From assembly GCF_009914755.1 (NCBI RefSeq), contig NC_060946.1: a DNA stretch of 64,000 nt; one strand, given 5' to 3'. The stretch comes from the human T2T-CHM13v2.0 reference genome, Homo sapiens. The translations under genes were made by a program, and so were the position numbers. The notes under the pieces were generated by a model, which did not search any database, was not told where the DNA came from, and saw nothing but the letters and a program-made list of their open reading frames with translations. Position 1 is the stretch's first letter. Every line of letters begins with the position of its first letter. Positions 11,318 through 26,000 of this stretch are shown one piece after another.

Positions 11318-13838
11318 CTAGAATGTGCCTAAATTAACTTTTTGACATAACCCTGTACTGATCATCCAGGTGATGGAGCTTTTGTCTAGGCTCTGCCTAA
11401 GGGGGCATTGTGACATATTTCTGCATTGATCACCCAGGTGGCGAACCCTTCTCTCGTATCTGCCTATGGGGGCATTGTGAGAAATCTCTGCACTGATCAC
11501 CCAGGTGATGTAACTGTTGTGTAACCTCTGCCTACAGGGGAATTGTGAGAGATCTCGTCACTGATTACCCAAGTGATGTAACCATTGTCTAGGCTTTGCG
11601 TACAGGGGACTTTATGGCATACCTTTGTACTGATCACCCAGGTGATGTAACACATCTAACTTCGGCCTAAAGGAGCTTTGTGACATATCTCTGCACTGAT
11701 CACTTAGGTGATGTAACACTTTTATAATCACTGCCTACAGGGAATTTTGACAAATCTCTGCACTGATCACCTAGGTGATGTAACTCTTGTCTACCCTCTG
11801 TCCAACGGGGCATTGTGAAATATCTCTGCACTGATCACCCAGGTGATTCAACTCTTGACTAGGAACTGCCTACAGAGGTTATTGTGAAATATCTCTGCAC
11901 TGATAAACTAGGTGGTGTAACCCTTGTCCAAGCTCTGCCTACAGGGGCGTTTCCACATATCCCTGAACTGATGACAAAGGTGATATAACTCTTGCCTAGG
12001 CTTTGCCTACAGGGAACATTGGACATATATCTGCACTGATCACCCATTTGATGCAACTCTTGCCTAGGCTTTGCCTACAGGGGACATCGGGACATATCTC
12101 TTCAATGATCACTCATGTGATGCATCTCTTGCCTAGGCTTTGCCTACAGGGGACATTGTGACATATCTCTGCACTGATCTCCCAGGTGCTGTAACTTTAG
12201 TCTAGGCTCTGGCTACACGGCATTGTGACCTACCCCTGCACTGATCACCCAGGTGATATAACTCTCCTCTAGGATCTGCCTACAGGGTACTTTGTGACAT
12301 ATCCCTGCACTGATCACCCAGGTGATCTAACTCTGGTCTAAGCTCTTCCTAAAGGGCCATTGTGACAGATCTCTGCACTGATCACTCTGGTGTTGTAAGT
12401 ATTGTCTAGGCTCTGCTTCAAGGGGCCTTGGAACATATCTCTGCACTGATCACCCAGGTGATGTAACTCTTGTCTACCCTCTGTCCAACGGGGCATTGTG
12501 AAATATCTCTGCACTGATCACCCAGGTGATTCAACTCTTGACTAGGAACTGCCTACAGAGGTTATTGTGAAATATCTCTGCACTGATTAACTAGGTGGTG
12601 TAACCCTTGTCTAAGCTCTGCCTACAGGGGCGTTTCCACATATCGCTGAACTGATGACAAAGGTGATGTAACTCTTACCTAGGCTTTGCCTCCAGGGAAC
12701 ATTGGACATATATCTGCACTGATCACCCAGGTGATGCAACACTTGCCTAGGCTTTGCCTACAGGGGACATTGTGACATATATCTTCAATGATCACTCATG
12801 TGATGCATCTCTTGCCTAGGCTTTGCCTACAGGGGACATTGTGACATATCTCTGCACTGATCTCCCAGGTGCTGTAACTTTAGTCTAGGCTCTGGCTACA
12901 CGGCATTGTGACCTACCTCTGCACTGATCACCCAGGTGATATAACTCTTCTCTAAGATCTGCCTACAGGGTACTTTGTGACATATCCCTGCACTGATCAC
13001 CCAGGTGATCTAACTCTGGTCTAAGCTCTGCCTAAAGGGGCATTGTGACAGATCTCTGCACTGATCACTCTGGTGATGTAAGTATTGTCTAGGCTCTGCT
13101 TCAAGGGGCCTTGTCACATATCTCTGCACTGATCACCCAGGTGATGTAACTCTTGTCTAGGCTCTGCTTCCAGGGCATATTGTGACATATCTATGCACTG
13201 ATCACCTTAGTGATGTAACACTTTGGTAGGCTCGGCCTACAGGGGAATCTTGACATATCTCTGCACTGTTAACCGAGGTGATTTAACTCTTGTCTAGGCT
13301 GTGCCCACAGGGGGATTGAGACATATCTCTGCACTGATCGCGAGGTGATACAAGTCTTGCCTGGTCTCTGCCTACTGTGGACATTGGGACATATCTCTGC
13401 ACTGATCTCCCAGGTGCTGTAACTTTAGTCTAGGCTCTGGCTACACGGCATTGTGACATATCACTGCACTGATCACCCAGGCGTTATAACTCTTCTCTAG
13501 GATCTGACCAGAGGGTGCTTTGTGACATATCCCTGCAATGATCACCCAGGTGATATACCACTTGCCAAGGCTCTGCCTACATGGGCATTGCAATGTATCT
13601 CTGCACTGATCACCTAGGTCCTGTAGCTATTTTCTAGGATCTGCCTACAGGGTGCTTTGTGATGTGTCCTAGCAAGGATTACCCAGGTGATGTACCTCTC
13701 ATCAAGGCTCTGCCTACAGGCACATTGTGATGTATCTCTGTACTGATCACCTAGGTCATGTAACATTTTTCTAGGCTCTACCTACGATGGCATTGTGACA
13801 TATCTCTGCACTAATCATCCAAGTGATGTAACCCTTGT
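11318..13838 (+). repeat. Expanded 37-monomer HOR variant (2521 bp): 27-mer plus an extra 10-monomer G-Q block
   Basis: Monomer G starts at 11765 and an R/G hybrid at 12448 (683 bp later). 1838+683=2521. Confidence 0.9.
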
Positions 13839-16800
13839 CTAGGATATGCCTAAATTAACTTTTTGACATAACCCTGTACTGATCATCCAGGTGATGGAGC
13901 TTTTGTCTAGGCTCTGCCTAAGGGGGCATTGTGACATATTTCTGCATTGATCACCCAGGTGGCGAACTCTTCTCTCGGATCTGCCTATGGGGGCATTGTG
14001 AGAAATCTCTGCACTGATCACTCAGGTGATGTAACTGTTGTGTAACCTCTGCCTACAGGGGAATTGTGAGAGATGTCGTCACAGATTACCCAAGTGATGT
14101 AACCATTGTCTAGGCTTTGCGTACAGGGGGCTTTGTGACATACCTTTGCCCTGATCACCCAGGTGATGTAACACATCTAAGTTCGGCCTAAAGGAGCCTT
14201 GTGACATATCTCTGCACTGATCACTTAGGTGATGTAACACTTTTATAATCACTGCCTACAGGGAAATTTGACAAATCTCTGCACTGATCACCTAGGTGAT
14301 GTAACTCTTGTCTACCCTCTGTCCAACGGGGCATTGTGAAATATCTCTGCACTGATCACCCAGGTGATTCAACTCTTGACTAGGAACTGCCTACAGAGGT
14401 TATTGTGAAATATCTCTGCACTGATAAACTAGGTGGTGTAACCCTTGTCCAAGCTCTGCCTACAGGGGCGTTTCCACATATCCCTGAACTAATGACAAAG
14501 GTGATGTAACTCTTCCCTAGGCTTTGCCTACAGGGAACATTGGACATATATCTGCACTGATCACCCATTTGATGCAACTCTTGCCTAGGCTTTGCCTACA
14601 GGGGACATCGGGACATATCTCTTCAATGATCACTCATGTGATGCATCTCTTGCCTAGGCTTTGCCTACAGGGGACATTGTGACATATCTCTGCACTGATC
14701 TCCCAGGTGCTGTAACTTTAGTCTAGGCTCTGGCTACACGGCATTGTGACCTACCTCTGCACTGATCACCCAGGTGATATAACTCTTCTCTAGGATCTGC
14801 CTACAGGGTACTTTGTGACATATTCCTGCACTGATCACCCAGGTGATCTAACTCTGGTCTAAGCTCTTCCTAAAGGGGCATTGTGACAGATCTCTGCACT
14901 GATCACTCTGGTGTTGTAAGTATTGTCTAGGCTCTGCTTCAAGGGGCCTTGTCACATATCTCTGCACTGATCACCCAGGTGATGTAACTCTTGTCTAGGC
15001 TCTGCTTCCAGGGCATATTGTGACATATCTATGCACTGATCACCTTAGTGATGTAACACTTTGGTAGGCTCGGCCTACAGGGGAATCTTGACATATCTCT
15101 GCACTGTTAACCGAGGTGATTTAACTCTTGTCTAGGCTGTGCCCACAGGGGGATTGAGACATATCTCTGCACTGATCCCGAGGTGATACAAGTCTTGCCT
15201 GGTCTCTGCCTACTGTGGACATGGGGACATATCTCTGCACTGATCTCCCAGGTGCTGTAACATTAGTCTAGGCTCTGGCTACACGGCATTGTGACATATC
15301 ACTGCACTGATCACCCAGGCGATATAACTCTTCTCTAGGATCTGACCACAGGGTGCTTTGTGACATATCCCTGCAATGATCACCCAGGTGATATACCACT
15401 TGCCAAGGCTCCGCCTACAGGGGCATTGCAATGTATCTCTGCACTGATCACCTAGGTCCTGTAGCTATTTTCTAGGATCTGCCTACAGGGTGCTTTGTGA
15501 CGTGTCCTAGCAAGGATTACCCAGGTGATGTACCTCTCATCAAGGCTCTGCCTACAGGCACATTGTGATGTATCTCTGTACTGATCACCTAGGTCATGTA
15601 ACATTTTTCTAGGCTCTACCTACAATGGCATTGTGACATATCTCTGCACTAATCATCCAAGTGATGTAACCCTTGTCTAGGATGTGCCTAAATTAACTTT
15701 TTGACATAACCCTGTACTGATCATCCAGGTGATGGAGCTTTTGTCTAGGCTCTGCCTAAGGGGGCATTGTGACATATTTCTGCATTGATCACCCAGGTGG
15801 CGAACTCTTCTCTCGGATCTGCCTATGGGGGCATTGTGAGAAATCTCTGCACTGATCACACAGGTGATGTAACTGTTGTGTAACCTCTGCCTACAGGGGA
15901 GCTGTGAGAGATCTCGTCACTCATTACCCAAGTGATGTAACCATTGACTAGGCTTTGCATACAGGGGGCTTTGTGACATACCTTTGCACTGATCACCCAG
16001 GTGATGTAACACATCTAAGTTCGGCCTAAAGGAGCTTTGTGACATATCTCTGCACTGATCACTTAGGTGATGTAACACTTTTATAATCACTGCCTACAGG
16101 GAATTTTGACAAATCTCTGCACTGATCACCTAGGTGATGTAACTCTTGTCTACCCTCTGTGCAACGGGGCATTGTGAAATGTCTCTGCACTGATCACCCA
16201 GGTGATTCAACTCTTGACTAGGAACTGCCTACAGAGGTTATTGTGAAATATCTCTGCACTGATAAACTAGGTGGTGTAACCCTTCTCCAAGCTCTGCCTA
16301 CAGGGGCGTTTCCACATATCCCTGAACTGATGACAAAGGTGATGTAACTCTTGCCTAGGCTTTACCTACAGGGAACATTGGACATATATCTGCACTGATC
16401 ACCCAGGTGATGCAACTCTTGCCTAGGCTTTGCCTACAGGGGACATTGTGACATATCTCTTCAATGATCACTCATGTGATGCATCTCTTGCCTAGGCTTT
16501 GCCTACAGGGGACATTGTGACATATCTCTGCACTGATCTCCCAGGTGCTGTTACTTTAGTCTAGGCTCTGGCTACACGGCATTGTGACATATCACTGCAC
16601 TGATCAACCTGGTGATATAACTCTTGTATAGGCTCTGCCTACAGGGGGATTGTGACCTACCTCTGCACTGATCACCCAGGTGATATAACTCTTCTCTAGG
16701 ATCTTCCTACAGGGTACTTTGTGACATATCCCTGCACTGATCACCCAGGTGATCTATCTCTGGTCTAAGCTCTGCCTAAAGGGGCTTTGTGACAGATCTC

Positions 16801-19419
16801 TGCACTGATCACTCAGGTGATGTAAGTATTGTCTAGGCTCTGCTTCAAGGGGCCTTGTCACATATCTCTGCACTGATCACCCAGGTGATGTAACTCTTGT
16901 CTAGGCTCTGCTTCCAGGGCATATTGTGACATATCTATGCACTGATCACCTTAGTGATGTAACACTTTGGTAGGCTCGGCCTACAGGGGAATCTTGACAT
17001 ATCTCTGCACTGTTAACCGAGGTGATTTAACTCTTGTCTAGGCTGTGCCCACAGGGGGATTGAGACATATCTCTGCACTGATCCCTAGGTGATACAACTC
17101 TTGCCTGGTCTCTGCCTACTGTGGACATTGTGACATATCTCTGCACTGATCTCCCAGGTGCTGTAAATTTAGTCTAGGCTCTGGCTACACGGCATTGTGA
17201 CATATCACTGCACTGATCACCCAGACGATATAACTCTTCTCTAGGATCTGACCACAGGGTGCTTTGTGACATATCCCTGCAATGATCACCCAGGTGATAT
17301 ACCACTTGCCAAGGCTCTGCCTACAGGGGCATTGCAATGTATCTCTGCACTGATCACCTAGGTCTTGTAGCTATTTTCTAGGATCTGCCTACAGGGTGCT
17401 TTGTGACGTGTCCCAGCAAGGATTACCCAGGTGATGTACCTCTCATCAAGGCTCTGCCTACAGGCACATTGTGATGTATCTCTGCACTGATCACCTAGGT
17501 CATGTAAATTTTGTCTAGGCTCTACCTACGATGGCATTGTGACATATCTCTGCACTAATCATCCAAGTGATGTAACTCTTGTCTAGGATGTGCCTAAATT
17601 AACTTTTTGACATAACCCTGTACTGATCATCCAGGTGATGGAGCTTTTGTCTAGGCTCTGCCTAAGGGGGCATTGTGACATATTTCTGCATGGATCACCC
17701 AGGTGGCGAACTCTTCTCTCGGATCTGCCTATGGGGGCATTGTGAGAAATCTCTGCACTGATCACCCAGGTGATGTAACTGTTGTGTAACCTCTGCCTAC
17801 AGGGGAATTGTGAGAGATCTCGTCACTCATTACCCAAGTGATGTAACCGTTGTCTAGGCTTTGCGTACAGGGGGCTTTGTGACATACCTTTGCACTGATC
17901 ACCCAGGTGATGTAACACATCTAAGTTCGGCCTAAAGGAGCTTTGTGACATATCTCTGCACTGATCGCTTAGGTGATGTAACACTTTTATAATCACTGCC
18001 TACAGGGAATTTTGACAAATGTCTGCACTGATCACCTAGGTGATGTAACTCTTGTCTACCTTCTGTCCAACGGGGCATTGTGAAATATCTCTGCACAGAT
18101 CACCCAGGTGATTCAACTCTTGACTAGGAACTGCCTACAGAGGTTATTGTGAAATATCTCTGCACTGATAAACTAGGTGGTGTAACCCTTGTCCAAGCTC
18201 TGCCTACAGGGGCGTTTCCACATATCCCTGAACTGATGACAGAGGTGATGTAACTCTTGCCTAGGCTTTGCCTACAGGGAACATTGGACATAAATCTGCA
18301 CTGATCACCCAGGTGATGCAACTCTTGCCTAGGCTTTGCCTACAGGGGACATTGTGACATATCTCTTCAATGATCACTCATGTGATGCATCTCTTGCCTA
18401 GGCTTTGCCTACAGGGGACATTGTGACATATCTCTGCACTGATCTCCCAGGTGCTGTAACTTTAGTCTAGGCTCTGGCTACACGGCATTGTGACCTACCC
18501 CTTCACTGATCACCCAGGTGATATAACTCTTCTCTAGGATCTGCCTACAGGGTACATTGTGACATATCCCTGCACTGATCACCCAGGTGATCAAACTCTG
18601 GTCTAAGCTCTGCCTAAAGGGGCATTGTGACAGATCTCTGCACTGATCACTCCGGTGATGTATGTATTGTCTAGGCTCTGCTTCAAGGGGCCTTGTCACA
18701 TATCTCTGCACTGATCACCCAGGTGATGTAACTCTTGTCTAGGCTCTGCTTCCAGGGCATATTGTGACATGTCTATGCACTGATCAGCTTAGTGACGTAA
18801 CACTTTGGTAGGCTCGGCCTACAGGGGAATCTTGACATATCTCTGCACTGTTAACCGAGGTGATTTAACTCTTGTCTAGGCTGTGCCCACAGGGGGATTG
18901 AGACATATCTCTGCACTGATCCCGAGGTGATACAACTCTTGCCTGGTCTCTGCTACTGTGGACATTGTGACATATCTCTGCACTGATCTCCCAGGTGCTG
19001 TAACTTTACTCTAGGCTCTGGCTACACGGCATTGTGACATATCACTGCACTGATCACCCAGGCGATATAACTCTTCTCTAGGACCTGACCACAGGGTGCT
19101 TTGTGACATATCCCTGCAATGATCACCCAGGTGATATACCACTTGCCAAGGCTCTGCCTACAGGGGCATTGCAATGTATCTCTGCACTGATCACCTAGGT
19201 CTTGTAGCTATTTTCTAGGATCTGTCTACAGGGTGCTTTGTGACGTGTCCCAGCAAGGATTACCCAGGTGATGTACCTCTCATCAAGGCTCTGCCTACAG
19301 GCACATTGTGATGTATCTCTGCACTGATCACCTCGGTCATGTAACTTTTTTCTAGGCTCTACCTACGATGGCATTGTGACATATCTCTGCACTAATCATC
19401 CAAGTGATGTAACTCTTGT
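13839..19419 (+). repeat. Mixed HOR zone: 27-mer (1838), 28-mer (1906), 27-mer (1837)
   Basis: Anchors at 13839, 15677, 17583, 19420. Monomer N is present only at ~16602. A 1-bp deletion (TCTGCTACTG) lies at ~18950. Confidence 0.9.
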
Positions 19420-20099
19420 CTAGGATGTGCCTAAATTAACATTTTGACCTAACCCTGTACTGATCATCCAGGTGATGGAGCTTTTGTCTAGGCTCTGCCT
19501 AAGGGGGCATTGTGACATATTTCTGCATTGATCACCAAGGTGGCGAACTCTTCTCTCGGATCTGCCTATGGGGGCATTGTGAGAAATCTCTGCACTGATC
19601 ACCCAGGTGATGTAACTGTTGTGTAACCTCTGCCTACAGGGGAATTGTGAGAGATCTCGTCACTGATTACCCAAGTGATGTAACCATTGTCTAGGCTTTG
19701 CGTACAGGGGGCTTTGTGACATACCTTTGCACTGATCACCCAGGTGATGTAACACATCTAAGTTCGGCCTAAATGAGCTTTGTGACATATCTCTGCACTG
19801 ATCACTTAGGTGATGTAACACTTTTATAATCACTGCCTACAGGGAATTTTGACAAATCTCTGCACTGATCACCTAGGTGATGTAACTCTTGTCTACCCTC
19901 TGTCCAACGGGGCATTGTGAAATATCTCTGCACTGATCACCCAGGTGATTCAACTCTTGACTAGGAACTGCCTACAGAGGTTATTGTGAAATGTCTCTGC
20001 ACTGATAAACTAGGTGGTGTAACCCTTGTCCAAGCTCTGCCTACAGGGTCGTTTCCACATATCCCTGAACTGATGACAAAGGTGATGTAACTCTTGCCT

Positions 20100-23000
20100 A
20101 GGCTTTGCCTACAGGGAACATTGGACATATATCTGCACTGATCACCCATTTGATGCAACTCTTGCCTAGGCTTTGCCTACAGGGGACATCGGGACATATC
20201 TCTTCAATGATCACTCATGTGATGCATCTCTTGCCTAGGCTTTGCCTACAGGGGACATTGTGACATAGCTCTGCACTGATCTCCCAGGTGCTGTAACTTT
20301 ATTCTAGGCTCTGGCTACACGGCATTGTGACCTACCTCTGCACTGATCACCCAGGTGATATAACTCTTCTCTAGGATCTGCCTACAGGGTACTTTGTGAC
20401 ATATCCCTGCACTGATCACCCAGGTGATCTAACTCTGGTCTAAGCTCTTCCTAAAGGGGCATTGTGACAGATCTCTGCACTGATCACTCTGGTGTTGTAA
20501 GTATTGTCTAGGCTCTGCTTCAAGGGGCCTTGGAACATATCTCTGCACTGATCACCCAGGTGATGTAACTCTTGTCTAGGCTCTGCTTCCAGGGCACATT
20601 GTGACATATCTATGCACTGATCACCTTAGTGATGTAACACTTTGGTAGGCTCGGCCTACAGGGGAATCTTGACATATCTCTGCACTGTTAACCGAGGTGA
20701 TTTAACTCTTCTCTAGGCTGTGCCCACAGGGGGATTGAGACATATCTCTGCACTGATCGCGAGGTGATACAAGTCTTGCCTGGTCTCTGCCTACTGTGGA
20801 CATTGGGACATATCTCTGCACTGATCTCCCAGGTGCTGTAACTTTAGTCTAGGCTCTGGCTACACGGCATTGTGACATATCACTGCACTGATCACCCAGG
20901 CGATATAACTCTTCTCTAGGATCTGACCACAGGGTGCTTTGTGACATATCCCTGCAATGATCACCCAGGTGATATACCACTTGCCAAGGCTCTGCCTACA
21001 TGGGCATTGCAATGTATCTCTGCACTGATCACCTAGGTCCTGTAGCTATTTTCTAGGATCTGCCTACAGGGTGCTTTGTGACGTGTCCTAGCAAGGATTA
21101 CCCAGGTGATGTACCTCTCATCAAGGCTCTGCCTACAGGCACATTGTGATGTATCTCTGTACTGATCACCTAGGTCATGTAACATTTTTCTAGGCTCTAC
21201 CTACGATGGCATTGTGACATATCTCTGCACTAATCATCCAAGTGATGTAACCCTTGTCTAGGATATGCCTAAATTAACTTTTTGACATAAACCTGTACTG
21301 ATCATCCAGGTGATGGAGCTTTTGTCTAGGCTCTGCCTAAGGGGGCATTGTGACATATTTCTGCATTGATCACCCAGGTGGCGAACTCTTCTCTCGGATC
21401 TGCCTATGGGGGCATTGTGAGAAATCTCTGCACTGATCACCCAGGTGATGTAACTGTTGTGTAACCTCTGCCTACAGGGGAATTGTGAGAGATGTCGTCA
21501 CTGATTACCCAAGTGATGTAACCATTGTCTAGGCTTTGCGTACAGGGGGCTTTGTGACATACCTTTGCCCTGATCACCCAGGTGATGTAACACATCTAAG
21601 TTCGGCCTAAAGGAGCCTTGTGACATATCTCTGCACTGATCACTTAGGTGATGTAACACTTTTATAATCACTGCCTACAGGGAAATTTGACAAATCTCTG
21701 CACTGATCACCTAGGTGATGTAACTCTTGTCTACCCTCTGTCCAACGGGGCATTGTGAAATATCTCTGCACTGATCACCCAGGTGATTCAACTCTTGACT
21801 AGGAACTGCCTACAGAGGTTATTGTGAAATATCTCTGCACTGATAAACTAGGTGGTGTAACCCATGTCCAAGCTCTGCCTACAGGGTCGTTTCCACATAT
21901 CCCTGAACTGATGACAAAGGTGATGTAACACTTGCCTAGGCTTTGCCTACAGGGAACATTGAACATATATCTGCACTGATCACCCAGGTGATGCAACTCT
22001 TGCCAAGGCTTTGCCTACAGGGGACATTGTGACATATCTCTTCAATGATCACTCACGTGATGCATCTCTTGCCTTGGCTTTGCCTACAGGGGACATTGTG
22101 ACATAGCTCTGCACTGATCTCCCAGGTGCTGTAACTTTAGTCTAGGCTCTGGCTACACGGCATTGTGACCTACCTCTGCAATGATCACCCAGGTGATATA
22201 ACTCTTCTCTAGGATCTGCCTACAGGGTACTTTGTGACATATCCCTGCACTGATCACCCAGGTGATCAAACTCTGGTCTAAGCTCTGTCTAAAGGGGCAT
22301 TGTGACAGATCTCTGCACTGATCACTCTGGTGATGTAAGTATTGTCTAGGCTCTGCTTCAAGGGGCCTTGTCACATATCTCTGCACTGATCACCCAGGTG
22401 ATGTAACTCTTGTCTAGGCTCTGCTTCCAGGGCATATTGTGACATATCTATGCACTGATCACCTTAGTGATGTAACACTTTGGTAGGCTCGGCCTACAGG
22501 GGAATCTTGAGATATCTCTGCACTGTTAACCGAGGTGATTTAACTCTTGTCTAGGCTGTGCCCACAGGGGGATTGAGACATATCTCTGCACTGATCCCGA
22601 GGTGATACAAGTCTTGCCTGGTCTCTGCCTACTGTGGACATTGGGACATATCTCTGCACTGATCTCCCAGGTGCTGTAACTTTAGTCTAGGCTCTGGCTA
22701 CACGGCATTGTGACATATCACTGCACTGATCACCCAGACGATATAACTCTTCTCTAGGATCTGCCTACAGGGTGCTTTGTGACATATCCCTGCAATGATC
22801 ACCCAGGTGATATACCACTTGCCAAGGCTCTGCCTACAGGGGCATTGCAATGTATCTCTGCACTGATCACCTAGGTCTTGTAGCTATTTTCTAGGATCTG
22901 TCTACAGGGTGCTTTGTGACGTGTCCCAGCAAGGATTACCCAGGTGATGTACCTCTCATCAAGGCTCTGCCTACAGGCACATTGTGATATATCTCTGCAC

Positions 23001-26000
23001 TGATCACCTCGGTCATGTAACTTTTTTCTAGGCTCTACCTACGATGGCATTGTGACATATCTCTGCACTAATCATCCAAGTGATGTAACTCTTGTCTAGG
23101 ATGTGCCTAAATTAACTTTTTGACATAACCCTGTACTGATCATCCAGGTGATGGAGCTTTTGTCTAGGCTCTGCCTAAGGGGGCATTGTGACATATTTCT
23201 GCATTGATCACCAAGGTGTCGAACTCTTCTCTCGGATCTGCCTAAGGGGGCATTGTGAGAAATCTCTGCACTGATCACCCAGGTGATGTAACTGTTGTGT
23301 AACCTCTGCCTACAGGGGAATTGTGAGAGATCTCGTCACTGATTACCCAAGTGATGTAACCATTGTCTAGGCTTTGCGTACAGGGGGCTTTGTGACATAC
23401 CTTTGCACTGATCACCCAGGTGATGTAACACATCTAAGTTCGGCCTAAATGAGCTTTGTGACATATCTCTGCACTGATCACTTAGGTGATGTAACACTTT
23501 TATAATCACTGCCTACAGGGAATTTTGACTAATCTCTGCACTGATCACCTAGGTGATGTAACTCTTGTCTACCCTCTGTCCAACGGGGCATTGTGAAATA
23601 TCTCTGCACTGATCACCCAGGTGATTCAACTCTTGACTAGGAACTGCCTACAGAGGTTATTGTGAAATATCTCTGCACTGATAAACTAGGTGGTGTAACC
23701 CTTGTCCAAGCTCTGCCTACAGGGGCGTTTCCACATATCCCTGAACTGATGACAAAGGTGATGTAACTCTTGCCTAGGCTTTGCCTACAGGGAACATTGG
23801 ACATATATCTGCACTGATCACCCATTTGATGCAACTCTTGCCTAGGCTTTGCCTACAGGGGACATCGGGACATATCTCTTCAATGATCACTCATGTGATG
23901 CATCTCTTGCCTAGGCTTTGCCTACAGGGGACATTGTGACATATCTCTGCACTGATCTCCCAGGTGCTGTAACTTTAGTCTAGGCTCTGGCTACACGGCA
24001 TTGTGACCTACCTCTGCACTGAACACCCAGGTGATATAACTCTTCTCTAGGATCTGCCTACAGGGTACTTTGTGACATATCCCTGCACTGATCACCCAGG
24101 TGATCTAACTCTGGTCTAAGCTCTTCCTAAAGGGGCATTGTGACAGATCTCTGCACTGATCACTCTGGTGTTGTAAGTATTGTCTAGGCTCTGCTTCAAG
24201 GGGCCTTGTCACATAGCTCTGCACTGATCACCCAGGTGATGTAACTCTTGTCTAGGCTCTGCTTCCAGGGCATATTGTGACATATCTATGCACTGATCAC
24301 CTTAGTGATGTAACACTTTGGTAGGCTCGGCCTACAGGGGAATCTTGACATATCTCTGCACTGTTAACCGAGGTGATTTAACTCTTGTCTAGGCTGTGCC
24401 CACAGGGGGATTGAGACATATCTCTGCACTGATCGCGAGGTGATACAAGTCTTGCCTGGTCTCTGCCTACTGTGGACATTGGGACATATCTCTGCACTGA
24501 TCTCCCAGGTGCTGTAACTTTAGTCTAGGCTCTGGCTACACGGCATTGTGACATATCACTGCACTGATCACCCAGGCGTTATAACTCTTCTCTAGGATCT
24601 GACCACAGGGTGCTTTGTGACATATCCCTGCAATGATCACCCAGGTGATATACCACTTGCCAAGGCTCTGCCTACATGGGCATTGCAATGTATCTCTGCA
24701 CTGATCACCTAGGTCCTGTAGCTATTTTCTAGGATCTGCCTACAGGGTGCTTTGTGACGTGTCCCAGCAAGGATTACCCAGGTGATGTACCTCTCATCAA
24801 GGCTCTGCCTACAGGCACATTGTGATGTATCTCTGTACTGATCACCTAGGTCATGTAACATTTTTCTAGGCTCTACCTACGATGGCATTGTGACATATCT
24901 CTGCACTAATCATCCAAGTGATGTAACCCTTGTCTAGGATATGCCTAAATTAACTTTTTGACATAACCCTGTACTGATCATCCAGGTGATGGAGCTTTTG
25001 TCTAGGCTCTGCCTAAGGGGGCATTGTGACATATTTCTGCATTGATCACCCAGGTGGCGAACTCTTCTCTCGGATCTGCCTATGGGGGCATTGTGAGAAA
25101 TCTCTGCACTGATCACCCAGGTGATGTAACTGTTGTGTAACCTCTGCCTACAGGGGAATTGTGAGAGATGTCGTCACTGATTACCCAAGTGATGTAACCA
25201 TTGTCTAGGCTTTGCGTACAGGGGGCTTTGTGACATACCTTTGCCCTGATCACCCAGGTGATGTAACACATCTAAGTTCGGCCTAAAGGAGCCTTGTGAC
25301 ATATCTCTGCACTGATCACTTAGGTGATGTAACACTTTTATAATCACTGCCTACAGGGAAATTTGACAAATCTCTCCACTGATCACCTAGGTGATGTAAC
25401 TCTTGTCTACCCTCTGTCCAACGGGGCATTCTGAAATATCTCTGCACTGATCACCCAGGTGATTCAACTCTTGACTAGGAACTGCCTACAGAGGTTATTG
25501 TGAAATATCTCTGCACTGATAAACTAGGTGGTGTAACCCATGTCCAAGCTCTGCCTACAGGGTCGTTTCCACATATCCCTGAACTGATGACAAAGGTGAT
25601 GTAACACTTGCCTAGGCTTTGCCTACAGGGAACATTGAACATATATCTGCACTGATCACCCAGGTGATGCAACTCTTCCCTAGGCTTTGCCTACAGGGGA
25701 CATTGTGACATATCTCTTCAATGATCACTCATGTGATGCATCTCTTGCCTTGGCTTTGCCTACAGGGGACATTGTGACATATCTCTGCACTGATCTCCCA
25801 GGTGCTGTAACTTTAGTCTAGGCTCTGGCTACACGGCATTGTGACCTACCTCTGCACTGATCACCCAGGTGATATAACTCTTCTCTAGGATCTGCCTACA
25901 GGGTACTTTGTGACATATCCCTGCACTGATCACCCAGGTGATCTAACTCTGGTCTAAGCTCTTCCTAAAGGGGCATTGTGACAGATCTCTGCACTGATCA

